Shown here: positions 1 through 9,076 of the stretch, piece by piece
Layout: every line of letters begins with the position of its first letter
Numbering within the stretch: position 1 is the stretch's first letter
DNA from: Candidatus Zixiibacteriota bacterium
GTDB lineage: Bacteria > Zixibacteria > MSB-5A5 > UBA10806 > 4484-95
Direction of reading: 5' to 3'
Length of the DNA stretch: 64,000 bases
Assembly: GCA_021159005.1 (NCBI GenBank)
Contig: JAGGSN010000206.1
Coordinates: 26,260-90,259 of the forward strand
Made by a program: the position numbers and the translations under genes
Notes under the pieces: model-generated
What the model was told of the DNA's origin: nothing
Seen by the model: only the letters and a program-made list of their open reading frames with translations
Databases searched by the model: none

Positions 1-354
1 GATAGTATTATCTTTTTGAGCTTTTATTCCAGCAATAATTTCACGGTCATAAACGAGATCTCCATTTATCCATAAAATATCATCATCAAATTCTCTTATC
101 GCAAACAACAGGCTTTTGGATGTGTTTGTTGTGCGAAAATCAGGATTATAATAGAATTGGACTTCTTTGAGTTCCGACATAATAAGTTCTTTTTTGTATC
201 CAACCACAATAGTAATATCTGATATCCCTTCCGATTTTAGTATTCGGACCTGTCTCGCCAGGATGCTCTCCCCGGATGGCATCTCTAACAATCCTTTCGG
301 AAGCGGATACCCTAATCTGGAACCAATGCCCGCGGCAAGGATTATAGCCTTCAT
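1..354 (-). CDS. Nucleotidyltransferase, LicC/phosphocholine- or phosphonate-cytidylyltransferase-like (partial, runs off the left edge)
   Basis: Not in the ORF track. Manual translation from ATG at 354, overlapping the wzx stop as ATGA: MKAIILAAGIGSRLGYPLPKGLLEMPSGESILARQ...NTSKSLL...ILWINGDLVY. Has the LAAGxGxRL...PK NTP-transferase motif. Confidence 0.8.
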   Translation of the reverse strand, partial: MKAIILAAGIGSRLGYPLPKGLLEMPSGESILARQVRILKSEGISDITIVVGYKKELIMSELKEVQFYYNPDFRTTNTSKSLLFAIREFDDDILWINGDLVYDREIIAGIKAQKDNTI

Positions 355-1646
355 TGTATGCTCCATATTTTATATTTTTTTACGCCATATGCTCTAATTC
401 CAACTACTATAATCTGTGTAATAATCGTAATCAATGCAACTAAGTACACATTTATTACAGGTATAACAGCCAGAAGCATCGCTAAATGAACGCAGGAGGC
501 GATAATTACGCTGTAATTGACTATTTTGGGATACCCCATCGCCGCCAGCAAAGGATAACCCAAAAGTATCGCCGGTATCGCTATCATATTTGCCGCTGAT
601 AAAATCCTGAACAAATTCATTGTAATCTCAAAACCTGCGCCATAAAGAAGATTGACAATAAAACCGGAGAAAATAAAGACAAGACTGTTTATTAGTAAAT
701 TCATTATAGTAACTATTATAAATATTTTTTTGTATAATTTCAAATTCTTTACTTTGCACATATATGGATATAAAGCCGTACTAAGCGGCGTGTAAATCAT
801 TCTAATAGCTGTAGCGAGTTTTTCCGCAGCAGCATAATAACCGGTCATTGCATCGCCTAAAAACAACCCCACAATAAATGTATTGCTGCTGGTATATATC
901 GAAACCGATACGCGCGACAGGAAAAATTCGGTGCTGCCTTTGAAATAGCCATATATACAGGCTATTCCGGGAATATGAATTTTCACCTTGAAGTATATAA
1001 ATACTACCCAGATCGAGATTATTCCAGCGGTCAGATAGCCCATTGAATTGAATAATGGAACATATAAATAATCTGATTGTTCTCGTATGAAAATAAAAAT
1101 AAGGGCTGTAAAAATTACTTTGGCTGTAATATTAAAAATAGTAATATGCTTCATCTTTTCCATGCCTTGAAAAAACCAGACCGGAAATAATGATTGTCCC
1201 GCAACTATGCCGAAAGCAAGGATATATATCAACCAGTCGCCTCTAAATTTATCGAAACTAAGAATAATAACCGACATAATACCAAAACTTGCCAGCATTA
1301 AAACGCCTTTTATTATCATCACTGAAATGAAAATCTCTGATATTTTAGACTTATCATCCCGATGAATTGATATTTCTCTTGTTGCCGATAAGTTAAATCC
1401 ATAATCTGTAAGTATGAGGAAATACTGAATAAAAGAAACCGCAAATGCCACTAATCCGAATTTTTCCACACCCAACACTCTGACCAGATAAGGCAAAGTT
1501 ATAAGCGGCAGAATGTAATTAATCACCTGTAATACGGATAAAGATACAAAATTCTCAGCCAGACGGCCAACTCCCTGACCCCTAAAATCGTTTTTCGCTT
1601 TTTCTAAAAAGCCGTTATTTAAAAACTTTTCATTCAACCAAAACAT
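351..1646 (-). CDS. wzx: Wzx-type polysaccharide flippase
   Basis: Many TM segments; N-terminal NFVSLSVLQVINYILPLITLPYLVRVLGVEKFG and DYGFNLSATREIS are typical of Wzx/RfbX. Confidence 0.9.
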   Translation of the reverse strand: MFWLNEKFLNNGFLEKAKNDFRGQGVGRLAENFVSLSVLQVINYILPLITLPYLVRVLGVEKFGLVAFAVSFIQYFLILTDYGFNLSATREISIHRDDKSKISEIFISVMIIKGVLMLASFGIMSVIILSFDKFRGDWLIYILAFGIVAGQSLFPVWFFQGMEKMKHITIFNITAKVIFTALIFIFIREQSDYLYVPLFNSMGYLTAGIISIWVVFIYFKVKIHIPGIACIYGYFKGSTEFFLSRVSVSIYTSSNTFIVGLFLGDAMTGYYAAAEKLATAIRMIYTPLSTALYPYMCKVKNLKLYKKIFIIVTIMNLLINSLVFIFSGFIVNLLYGAGFEITMNLFRILSAANMIAIPAILLGYPLLAAMGYPKIVNYSVIIASCVHLAMLLAVIPVINVYLVALITIITQIIVVGIRAYGVKKYKIWSIQ

Positions 1647-1728
1647 AATATCAGATTATAATGTTTTTATTAACTATTAAAGTCAAGACCTTAAACCCCT
1701 TAAATGATGGCCAAAGCACAAAAATAAG

Positions 1729-2799
1729 CTACTTCATATACAGGGCATTAATAATACAATCGGCGATTTTCTGTGAAGCCTTCTGAAAATACTCAGATCC
1801 AGGGGAAGAATAACTATTCCAATCAAATTCTGTGTTTCGCAAGTCAGATTTTATACAGACAACCGCTCCGCATCGCTTTAGCTCTAACCACTCAGTTTCA
1901 TCGCGTAATATATATGACTTCTTACCGAAAAACGCCGCCTCTCTTTGAAGCCCGCCGGAATCGGTCATTACGCCCAATGAAGATTTCGTTAATGCCAGGC
2001 TTTCAATAATCCCAACCGGTTCGGAAATTCGGACATTTGCAATTGCCGAAAGCCGATTCATCAAACCAAATTCTTCCAATTTACCTTTTGTTCGAGGGTG
2101 TAATGGTAAAAAGATTTGCCAAGGCAAATTTTCCAATCCGGCTACCAGCGCTTGAAGGAAATCAATACTATCAGCATTTTCTGCTCGATGAACCGTAAAT
2201 AAAATATAATCACCCGGCTTGAGATTATTTTCCGCAAGAAAAGAATCGATGAATTCATCATCCGGGATTATTCTATCAATTACATCATAAAGAATATCTC
2301 CGGTTAGAAATATGCCGTTCTTTATGCCCTCCGCTTTTAAATGATCAACCGAGCTTTGAGTTGGACAGCAAAATATATTTGATAAATGGTCGGTTACAAC
2401 TCGATTTATCTGCTCTGGCAAATGGTTATTGTTCGAGCGAAGGCCAGCCTCAATATGCGCTAATGGAATGTTGTTTTTAGCGGCAGCAAGAGCCCCGGCA
2501 AGCGTGCTGTTGGTGTCGCCAATAACTGCTGTCATGTCGGGAGATTCCTTGACAAAAACCTTTTCAAGTTCAATCATCATGCGCCCAACCTGAGCCGCCT
2601 GGCTGTCCGAACCAATGCCAAGATGATAATCGACTTGCGGCAGATTCAACTGATGGAAAAAGACATCCGACATCTCAAAATCATAATGCTGTCCGGTATG
2701 GATGATAACTAATTTAACCTTGTCGGAAAATATCTCAACAACCGGAGCAAGTTTAATAAACTGAGGACGAGCGCCGACAACTACCGCGATTTTCTTCAT
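1729..2799 (-). CDS. wecB: UDP-N-acetylglucosamine 2-epimerase, non-hydrolysing (WecB/WbpI-like)
   Basis: VVGARPQFIK, HTGQHYD, GDTNSTLA, HIEAGLRS and TDSGGLQREA motifs; start placed at ATG 2799 (MKKIAVVVG). Confidence 0.9.
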   Translation of the reverse strand: MKKIAVVVGARPQFIKLAPVVEIFSDKVKLVIIHTGQHYDFEMSDVFFHQLNLPQVDYHLGIGSDSQAAQVGRMMIELEKVFVKESPDMTAVIGDTNSTLAGALAAAKNNIPLAHIEAGLRSNNNHLPEQINRVVTDHLSNIFCCPTQSSVDHLKAEGIKNGIFLTGDILYDVIDRIIPDDEFIDSFLAENNLKPGDYILFTVHRAENADSIDFLQALVAGLENLPWQIFLPLHPRTKGKLEEFGLMNRLSAIANVRISEPVGIIESLALTKSSLGVMTDSGGLQREAAFFGKKSYILRDETEWLELKRCGAVVCIKSDLRNTEFDWNSYSSPGSEYFQKASQKIADCIINALYMK

Positions 2800-2803
2800 T
2801 ATG

Positions 2804-3907
2804 CTATTTATAGAATTCTCTGATTGTCTCAATCACATAAGCTTGCTGGTCTTGAGGCATCTCAGGATAAATAGGTATTGATATCACCTTCTCGGCAAGT
2901 TTTTCAGATACCGGCAAATCGCCCTTTTTATAGCCAAGGTCATTATAGCAATCTTGAAGATGCAATGGTATGGGGTAATAGGTGGCAAAACCGATCTCTT
3001 TGCTTTTTAGCTCTGCCTGCAGTTTTTCCCGGTTTTCGACAGTCAATGTATATTGATGGTAAATATGATAGTTGTAATCATTAACATAAGGCGTCCGAAC
3101 CCCATTCAAACCGCTTAGCTGTTTATCATAATTATGAGCAACTTTACGCCTTCCTTCATGCCAGTCATTTAGATGTTTGAGCTTAATCAGCAGGATGGCG
3201 GCCTGTATCGTATCAAGGCGGCTATTATAACCCACAATCGAATGATAATATTTGGGTTTAGAGCCATGCACTCGAAGTATCTTTAATTTATCAGCCAACC
3301 CATCGGAGTTCGTTGCAATAATTCCGCCATCCCCGTAAGCGCCAAGGTTTTTGCTGGGGAAAAACGAGAAACCGGCGGCATCGCCTAATGTTCCCGCCAA
3401 ACGGTCGTGATATTTTGCGCCAATCGCCTGCGCCGCATCCTCAACAACAGGTAGATTATGCTGCCGGGCGATTTCCATTATTCTGTCCATTTCAGCAATC
3501 TGGCCATATAGATGTACCGGCATGATAGCTTTTGTTTTGGGGGTAATTTTTGATTCGATAAGTTCCGGATTGATATTGAAAGTCTTTTCATCTATATCGC
3601 AAAAAACGGGTATTGCCCCCAAACGCGAAATAACCCCGGCAGTGGCAAAAAATGTAAAACCGGTTGTGATAACCTCATCGCCCGGTTCAACACCGCAGGC
3701 TCTAAGCGAAAGAAGCAGAGCATCCGTGCCCGAGGCTACGCCGACAGCATGTTTTGTAGTGCAATATCTTGCCAGTTCAGCTTCAAGTTGTTTGACCTCG
3801 GGACCTAAAATAAATCCGCAATGGTCAAGTACTTTTTGTATGGCTTCGTTAATCTCTTCCCTGATTGACTGATACTGAAGTTTTAAATCTAAGGGCACAA
3901 CTTTCAT
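2804..3907 (-). CDS. DegT/DnrJ/EryC1/StrS nucleotide-sugar aminotransferase (WbpE-like)
   Basis: VASGTDALLL, VHLYGQ, EDAAQAIGA, FSFFPSKNLGAYGDGG (PLP lysine) and GYNSRLDTIQAA. Confidence 0.92.
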   Translation of the reverse strand: MKVVPLDLKLQYQSIREEINEAIQKVLDHCGFILGPEVKQLEAELARYCTTKHAVGVASGTDALLLSLRACGVEPGDEVITTGFTFFATAGVISRLGAIPVFCDIDEKTFNINPELIESKITPKTKAIMPVHLYGQIAEMDRIMEIARQHNLPVVEDAAQAIGAKYHDRLAGTLGDAAGFSFFPSKNLGAYGDGGIIATNSDGLADKLKILRVHGSKPKYYHSIVGYNSRLDTIQAAILLIKLKHLNDWHEGRRKVAHNYDKQLSGLNGVRTPYVNDYNYHIYHQYTLTVENREKLQAELKSKEIGFATYYPIPLHLQDCYNDLGYKKGDLPVSEKLAEKVISIPIYPEMPQDQQAYVIETIREFYK

Positions 3908-4662
3908 TTTTTCTCCCAGTTTTGATTCTCAAGAAGTTGTTCATCGGGAACCTCCCGGAACTTTTTAGCGGGAATTCCTGCGACTATTGTTTTTGCAGGC
4001 GCATTAGCGGCAACCAAAGCCCCGGCGGCTATCAGACAATCTGCGCCAAGCTCCTTACCAGGCAAAATCACTGCGCCTACGCCAATCCTGCCGCCCTTTT
4101 TTACAGTTACACCCTTAAAATGTTTGAATCTTTCTTCGGTTCTGCCAACAAAATTATCGTTTGAGGTGGCAACACAAGGAGCTATAAAAACTCTATCCTC
4201 TACTTTTGAATAAGCGGTAAGATAGACATTAGTTTCGAGCTTGCAATAACAGCCGACCTCGCAGAAATTTTCAACAGCGACACCTCTGCCAATAATTGTA
4301 AAATTGCCTATCGAAACATTTTCGCGCACTGATGATAAGTCGGCTACGAGAACTTTCTCGCCAATTTTACAGCCGCGGTAGATTACTACCGATGTGCCGA
4401 TAATGCAGTTATCGCCAATTGTAAGAGCCGGCAATTGCTGGTCTTTGGTAACCGCCGAATTGGCGGCTTTCATCGGGAGTTTGCCCAAAACAGTATTATC
4501 ATCAATACGGACATTTGAGCCAATTTGCGTATCGGGATGAATAATGACGCCATTACCGATTATGCATCCGGCATCAATAGACACATTTGCGCCTATTACA
4601 CAAAAATTTCCAAGTTTAATATCTTTAGCTATCCCTGCTGATTCAGCAATAACATTACTCAT
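3904..4662 (-). CDS. Hexapeptide-repeat N-acetyltransferase (WbpD-like)
   Basis: Left-handed beta-helix hexapeptide repeats; IGRGVAVEN, FIAPCVATSND and VAGIPAK. Confidence 0.85.
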   Translation of the reverse strand: MSNVIAESAGIAKDIKLGNFCVIGANVSIDAGCIIGNGVIIHPDTQIGSNVRIDDNTVLGKLPMKAANSAVTKDQQLPALTIGDNCIIGTSVVIYRGCKIGEKVLVADLSSVRENVSIGNFTIIGRGVAVENFCEVGCYCKLETNVYLTAYSKVEDRVFIAPCVATSNDNFVGRTEERFKHFKGVTVKKGGRIGVGAVILPGKELGADCLIAAGALVAANAPAKTIVAGIPAKKFREVPDEQLLENQNWEKK

Positions 4663-4673
4663 AAATTACCTAC

Positions 4674-5699
4674 CTATTTGTAGCTTGGAACATCAACCGG
4701 TGTACCGCCTTTTTCAAGCGAACTCTGCGCGGCTTGCAGTACCGTTAAAACTTTAAGCCCATCTATCCCATCGGAACGCGGACGACTGCGTTTTTGAACG
4801 CTTTCAATAAAATGAGAACATTCCAATTTTAGCGGTTCGCCCCCGGGCACTCGGGGAATGGTTATATCACCAATTCTTAGATTAAAATACTCGGCGTAAG
4901 TTGAATAATCAAGCGCAGTATCCACACCTTTATCATAAAGCCATATCTTCTCTGAGGTTCTGGTATCATCAAAAACAACCATCTTTTTCGACCCGACAAT
5001 GGTAAGCTTGCGTTCCTTATGAGGATCAAGCCAGCTAACATGCACATGTGCCATCGTCTTATCGTTGAAATGCATGGTCATAAAACATACATCCTCAATA
5101 TTTTTCTGCAAATACGATGAGCCATTGGCGGTAACGCGTACAGGATATTTATCGAGCAAAAACATGATTATCGAAATATCGTGAGGCGCAAAACTCCACA
5201 GAGAATTTTCTATATCGCGAACCTTGCCAAGGTTTATTCTTGATGAATAAAGATAATAAATCTCGCCGAGAGTTCCATCATCAATGTATTTCTTTAAAAA
5301 TAATGTAGTAGGATGGTATTCCATGATATGGCCAACCATTAAAATCCGTTCCTTTTTGGCCGCCAACTCAACAAGCTTTTTACCTTCATCAAGGTTTAAA
5401 ACCAACGGCTTTTCCACAAAAACATCCTTGCCAGACTCAATAGCCTGTGCCGCCATTTTATAATGCATAGCCGGCGGCGTAGCAATAACAACAGCTTCAA
5501 TTTTATTATCATTGAGAATATCTTCATATTTTGTAGTCAGAGATATTCCCCGAAATGTTTCAGATGCTTTTGCGCATTGCGCGTCATTAAAATCGCAAGC
5601 CATTTTTACATGGCACTTATTTAAGGATGAGAAATTGCGCAGCAGGTTTTTTCCCCATGCGCCAAGCCCAACCTGCCCAATCTCAACCGGTTTGGTCAC
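4674..5699 (-). CDS. Gfo/Idh/MocA oxidoreductase (WbpB-like 3-dehydrogenase)
   Basis: GQVGLGAWG Rossmann motif, VIATPPAMH, VFVEKPL, MVGH and APHDIS. Confidence 0.88.
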   Translation of the reverse strand: MTKPVEIGQVGLGAWGKNLLRNFSSLNKCHVKMACDFNDAQCAKASETFRGISLTTKYEDILNDNKIEAVVIATPPAMHYKMAAQAIESGKDVFVEKPLVLNLDEGKKLVELAAKKERILMVGHIMEYHPTTLFLKKYIDDGTLGEIYYLYSSRINLGKVRDIENSLWSFAPHDISIIMFLLDKYPVRVTANGSSYLQKNIEDVCFMTMHFNDKTMAHVHVSWLDPHKERKLTIVGSKKMVVFDDTRTSEKIWLYDKGVDTALDYSTYAEYFNLRIGDITIPRVPGGEPLKLECSHFIESVQKRSRPRSDGIDGLKVLTVLQAAQSSLEKGGTPVDVPSYK

Positions 5700-6945
5700 T
5701 TTTGTCTCCCTTCTTCGATATAAAGATAGACTTTATAGCGTAGACATCTTCTTTTAGAGTGTTTGCGATATTTTCAAGATGGTGATAAATTTCTGTATCT
5801 GATTCCTTATTTCTGTCGATAAACTCCTTGAAAAATACAGTTATAAAAGTAAGAAAAAAGCAAAAAGCTCCTGCTAAAATAGACAATTTAATTCTTTTAG
5901 GCCTGCTTTTCTTTTCCGGAATTTTTGGCGGGTCGAGAATCTGTATGGTAGGCGTATTCCTTTTTTCCTGAATCTTAGCTTGTTCATGCTGCTGCGTAAG
6001 AAGTTCGAATATGGCTTCCTGTATCTTCAAATTGCGAGTTAATCTTCCCAGTTCCAATCCAAGTTCGGGCGCATCAGCCATCGACAATGAAAAAATACCT
6101 TCCTTGCCGGAATCAGATGAACCTTCTTCGAAAAGCCTGATTTGCCTTTTGATTTCTTCAATTTTTGCTTCTTTTTGTTTTATTTTAGTATGAGTAGGTA
6201 GTAATGAGTGTTTTAATACCCCAAGCTCAATCTCAGCCATAACCTGTTGGCTCTTTAAGGTTGCTAAGCTGCTGATTTGGGCTTGTACTTGTTCAAGGAG
6301 GGAAATCGCTTTGTTGTCTATTTGGAATTGCTTGTAGGCCTCCTCAGCAGAATCTAATTCGATTTTATTCTGGACTAATCGTTCCTCAATAAACTGGCGG
6401 GCCGCGGAGGCTTTCGATGTTCTAACCTTGCGATTAATATCATTTAATCCTTCAATAAATGAATTGACCAGAATCATAGCCATTTCCGGGTCTTTGTCTT
6501 CAACAAAAACTTTTATCATCCCATTTGGTTCTACACTTACTGCTACCTGACCGGCTAATCTTACTAATGCCGGTTCTATAGACTGAACTCCATAGGCTTC
6601 CATTAGGTTGTTTTTTTCGATTACACCTTCAGCGACTTCTCTACTCAATAGTATTGATGAATAAACATCCGAAAGGGTTACAAATGACGGCAGAGACATG
6701 CCGCCACCGGATAGCGCCATCCCCAATCCGCTGCCGCCTAATAATGATGAAAGACTCATTCCTGAGGATTCCCGTTCAGGGGGAAATATAGTAGCATGCG
6801 AAGTATACCATTTTGGTAAAAAAGAGGCGATTATAAAAGTAATTATGGCTGCCGCTATAAAATTAATAACAAACAAACGCCGCCACTTAATAATTACTGA
6901 TAGTATATCCCATAAACCTGCTCTGGTTGTTTTTGGTGTTTCCAT
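5683..6945 (-). CDS. Wzz/GumC-like polysaccharide co-polymerase (no kinase domain)
   Basis: N-terminal TM after IIKWRR, long coiled coil, then LDPPKIPEKKSRPKR preceding the C-terminal TM. Confidence 0.8.
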   Translation of the reverse strand: METPKTTRAGLWDILSVIIKWRRLFVINFIAAAIITFIIASFLPKWYTSHATIFPPERESSGMSLSSLLGGSGLGMALSGGGMSLPSFVTLSDVYSSILLSREVAEGVIEKNNLMEAYGVQSIEPALVRLAGQVAVSVEPNGMIKVFVEDKDPEMAMILVNSFIEGLNDINRKVRTSKASAARQFIEERLVQNKIELDSAEEAYKQFQIDNKAISLLEQVQAQISSLATLKSQQVMAEIELGVLKHSLLPTHTKIKQKEAKIEEIKRQIRLFEEGSSDSGKEGIFSLSMADAPELGLELGRLTRNLKIQEAIFELLTQQHEQAKIQEKRNTPTIQILDPPKIPEKKSRPKRIKLSILAGAFCFFLTFITVFFKEFIDRNKESDTEIYHHLENIANTLKEDVYAIKSIFISKKGDKSDQTG

Positions 6946-6950
6946 AGGTT

Positions 6951-8678
6951 CTACTTGGTAGCCTCACTAATTACAAGGTATACTGTTGCCAAGCTGGCTG
7001 TAAACGACAGCGCTTCCTTTACATATGTGAAAAACTTGCTTTTCCCTTTCTCGGGAACTATTATAATATCACCCGGCTGGATTCTTGTGCCGCGTTTAGC
7101 TTTTTTCCATTCGCCAGTTACGCCGGTAATAATCCTGATTTTGCCCTTATCTGCCCGAAAGCTATAGCCTCCTGCGAGCTTAATATAATCTTTGTAATTG
7201 AAAGCAGGGTTAAATGTCATAAATCCCGGATTTGCAACTTCGCCGGCAACATTGACAATATCGTTTACACCCGGAATAGTGATAACATCACCATTCTTTA
7301 ATAAAATATCGTTTTTCCCATCACCGGAAAATAATTCCTGAAAATTAACGGACATCCGACCGGATTTTTCTCTCGATTTTATCTTGAAATAGTTATACTC
7401 CATATCAGTCATATTTGAAACGCTCATTAATTTCAAACGTTCAAATTCTTTATCAACCCCGCTAATATCAACAAACCTTGTCATTTTGGCCTCAGCTAAG
7501 GATGCCAAAGGAGTAAAACCGCCCGCTTCTTCAATTAGTTGGCTTAGGTAAGTAGATTCCGGCATAATAGCATAATAGCCCGGATTTTTTACCTCTCCTT
7601 CAATAAGTGCCTGATATTTCTCGTTAAAATTATTAATTGTTTTAATATATATGCGGTCATCAGGCATCATTTTTATATCTTGGTTTCCATCCTGCAAGTA
7701 CTTTCCCAACAAGATAGTATCCCGAATAATCGTATGACCATCCAAGCCAAATCTCACCAGTTCTGCCGCAGATGAATCAACATCAAGCGTAAAACCATGC
7801 CCCAGACTAATCAAGTCTTTTAACGAATCGCGATGAGAATACTCAAAAAACCCCGGGTTTTTTACTCCGCCGAATATTCCATACATGTTTACATTTTGCT
7901 CGCGCAGCGGAATAAAAATCTCATCGCCATCGGTAAGTTTATAATTATATCTAAGATCACCGGTTTGCTCGAAAAGCAATACATCAGCGGTATCAATTGA
8001 ACCATCAATATGCTTAACAATAATATTTCTATGGGAGGCAATCCCCGATGGATATATAACAGGCTGTTTTTCTTCTATATCCGAATCCAATTTTATATTC
8101 TCATCTTGTTCAACAACTTCATCAACCTCTCGTAAAAATCCTCCTGCCTTTGCGATAATTTCAGAAACCCGTGTAATGCCGTTAACTGTATATATTCCCG
8201 GAAACTTCACGGCGCCGCCAACTGATGCTCTAAAATAGCGTAAATCGCTAAGTTCGACTGAAACGCTAACGTTTTTAAATCTTTCGAGTATTTTTTTTTC
8301 GATAGTTTTTTTAGCAAATTTTAAATACATGCCCGAAACTGCAACCGGTCCAATAGTCGGGATTAACAATTTGCCCTCGGGAGAAATAGTCAGGTCATAC
8401 TGGGTTTGAATATTTCCCCAGATAAATATAGTAATCTTATCGCCAGGACCTAGCTTATAAGTTCGGGGATCCACCGGTTGTTCGAGCGCTAAAATATTTT
8501 GGGGTTGCTTAACAGGGATATTGAAAATGCCTGCATCTAAAGCTATACTCTTATCAGTTTGGCCGAAAACATTAGCTGTCAAAATCAACGATATAATTAT
8601 TATGATTAAAACCAATTTATCATTCCCCCTGAAAAAGTTGCCTCTTTTTTTGTTGTCAATTGAGTATTTTAATTTCAA
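6951..8678 (-). CDS. Polysaccharide export protein with multiple SLBB domains (Wza/KpsD-like)
   Basis: YKLGPGDKITIFIWG poly_export motif; repeated GxVxxPGxY and IxxAGG SLBB motifs. Confidence 0.85.
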   Translation of the reverse strand: MKLKYSIDNKKRGNFFRGNDKLVLIIIIISLILTANVFGQTDKSIALDAGIFNIPVKQPQNILALEQPVDPRTYKLGPGDKITIFIWGNIQTQYDLTISPEGKLLIPTIGPVAVSGMYLKFAKKTIEKKILERFKNVSVSVELSDLRYFRASVGGAVKFPGIYTVNGITRVSEIIAKAGGFLREVDEVVEQDENIKLDSDIEEKQPVIYPSGIASHRNIIVKHIDGSIDTADVLLFEQTGDLRYNYKLTDGDEIFIPLREQNVNMYGIFGGVKNPGFFEYSHRDSLKDLISLGHGFTLDVDSSAAELVRFGLDGHTIIRDTILLGKYLQDGNQDIKMMPDDRIYIKTINNFNEKYQALIEGEVKNPGYYAIMPESTYLSQLIEEAGGFTPLASLAEAKMTRFVDISGVDKEFERLKLMSVSNMTDMEYNYFKIKSREKSGRMSVNFQELFSGDGKNDILLKNGDVITIPGVNDIVNVAGEVANPGFMTFNPAFNYKDYIKLAGGYSFRADKGKIRIITGVTGEWKKAKRGTRIQPGDIIIVPEKGKSKFFTYVKEALSFTASLATVYLVISEATK

Positions 8679-9076
8679 TCTGTTTCACCATCCAATTAAC
8701 TGTTTGTTATTATTATGGAAACAGTCAATTTAAGTTTGTTAATATACATTCAATGGCAATCAAGTCAAGATATTTTCCTGTTGGAATTTCCTCATTTTTT
8801 TTCATAACATTGCATATCGGGTTCTGAAAAATAAAATAGCGAAACTCCTTAAAGATTAAACTTGACATGATTATCAATTTATATTATTTTTATAAATAAA
8901 TCGGCCGCTATTTTAAATAATGGGCCTTTCCTCGATTTTAAATAGTTCGTTCTTTTGATAATGATGTTGTTTTTAATAAATAAAAACTGAAATGCTTAAG
9001 CTAATTTCTGTGATTTTTATTGCTGTTTTGTAATATCACATGAAAAAAATGCGCGCATTTTGAAAGGAGTATCATT

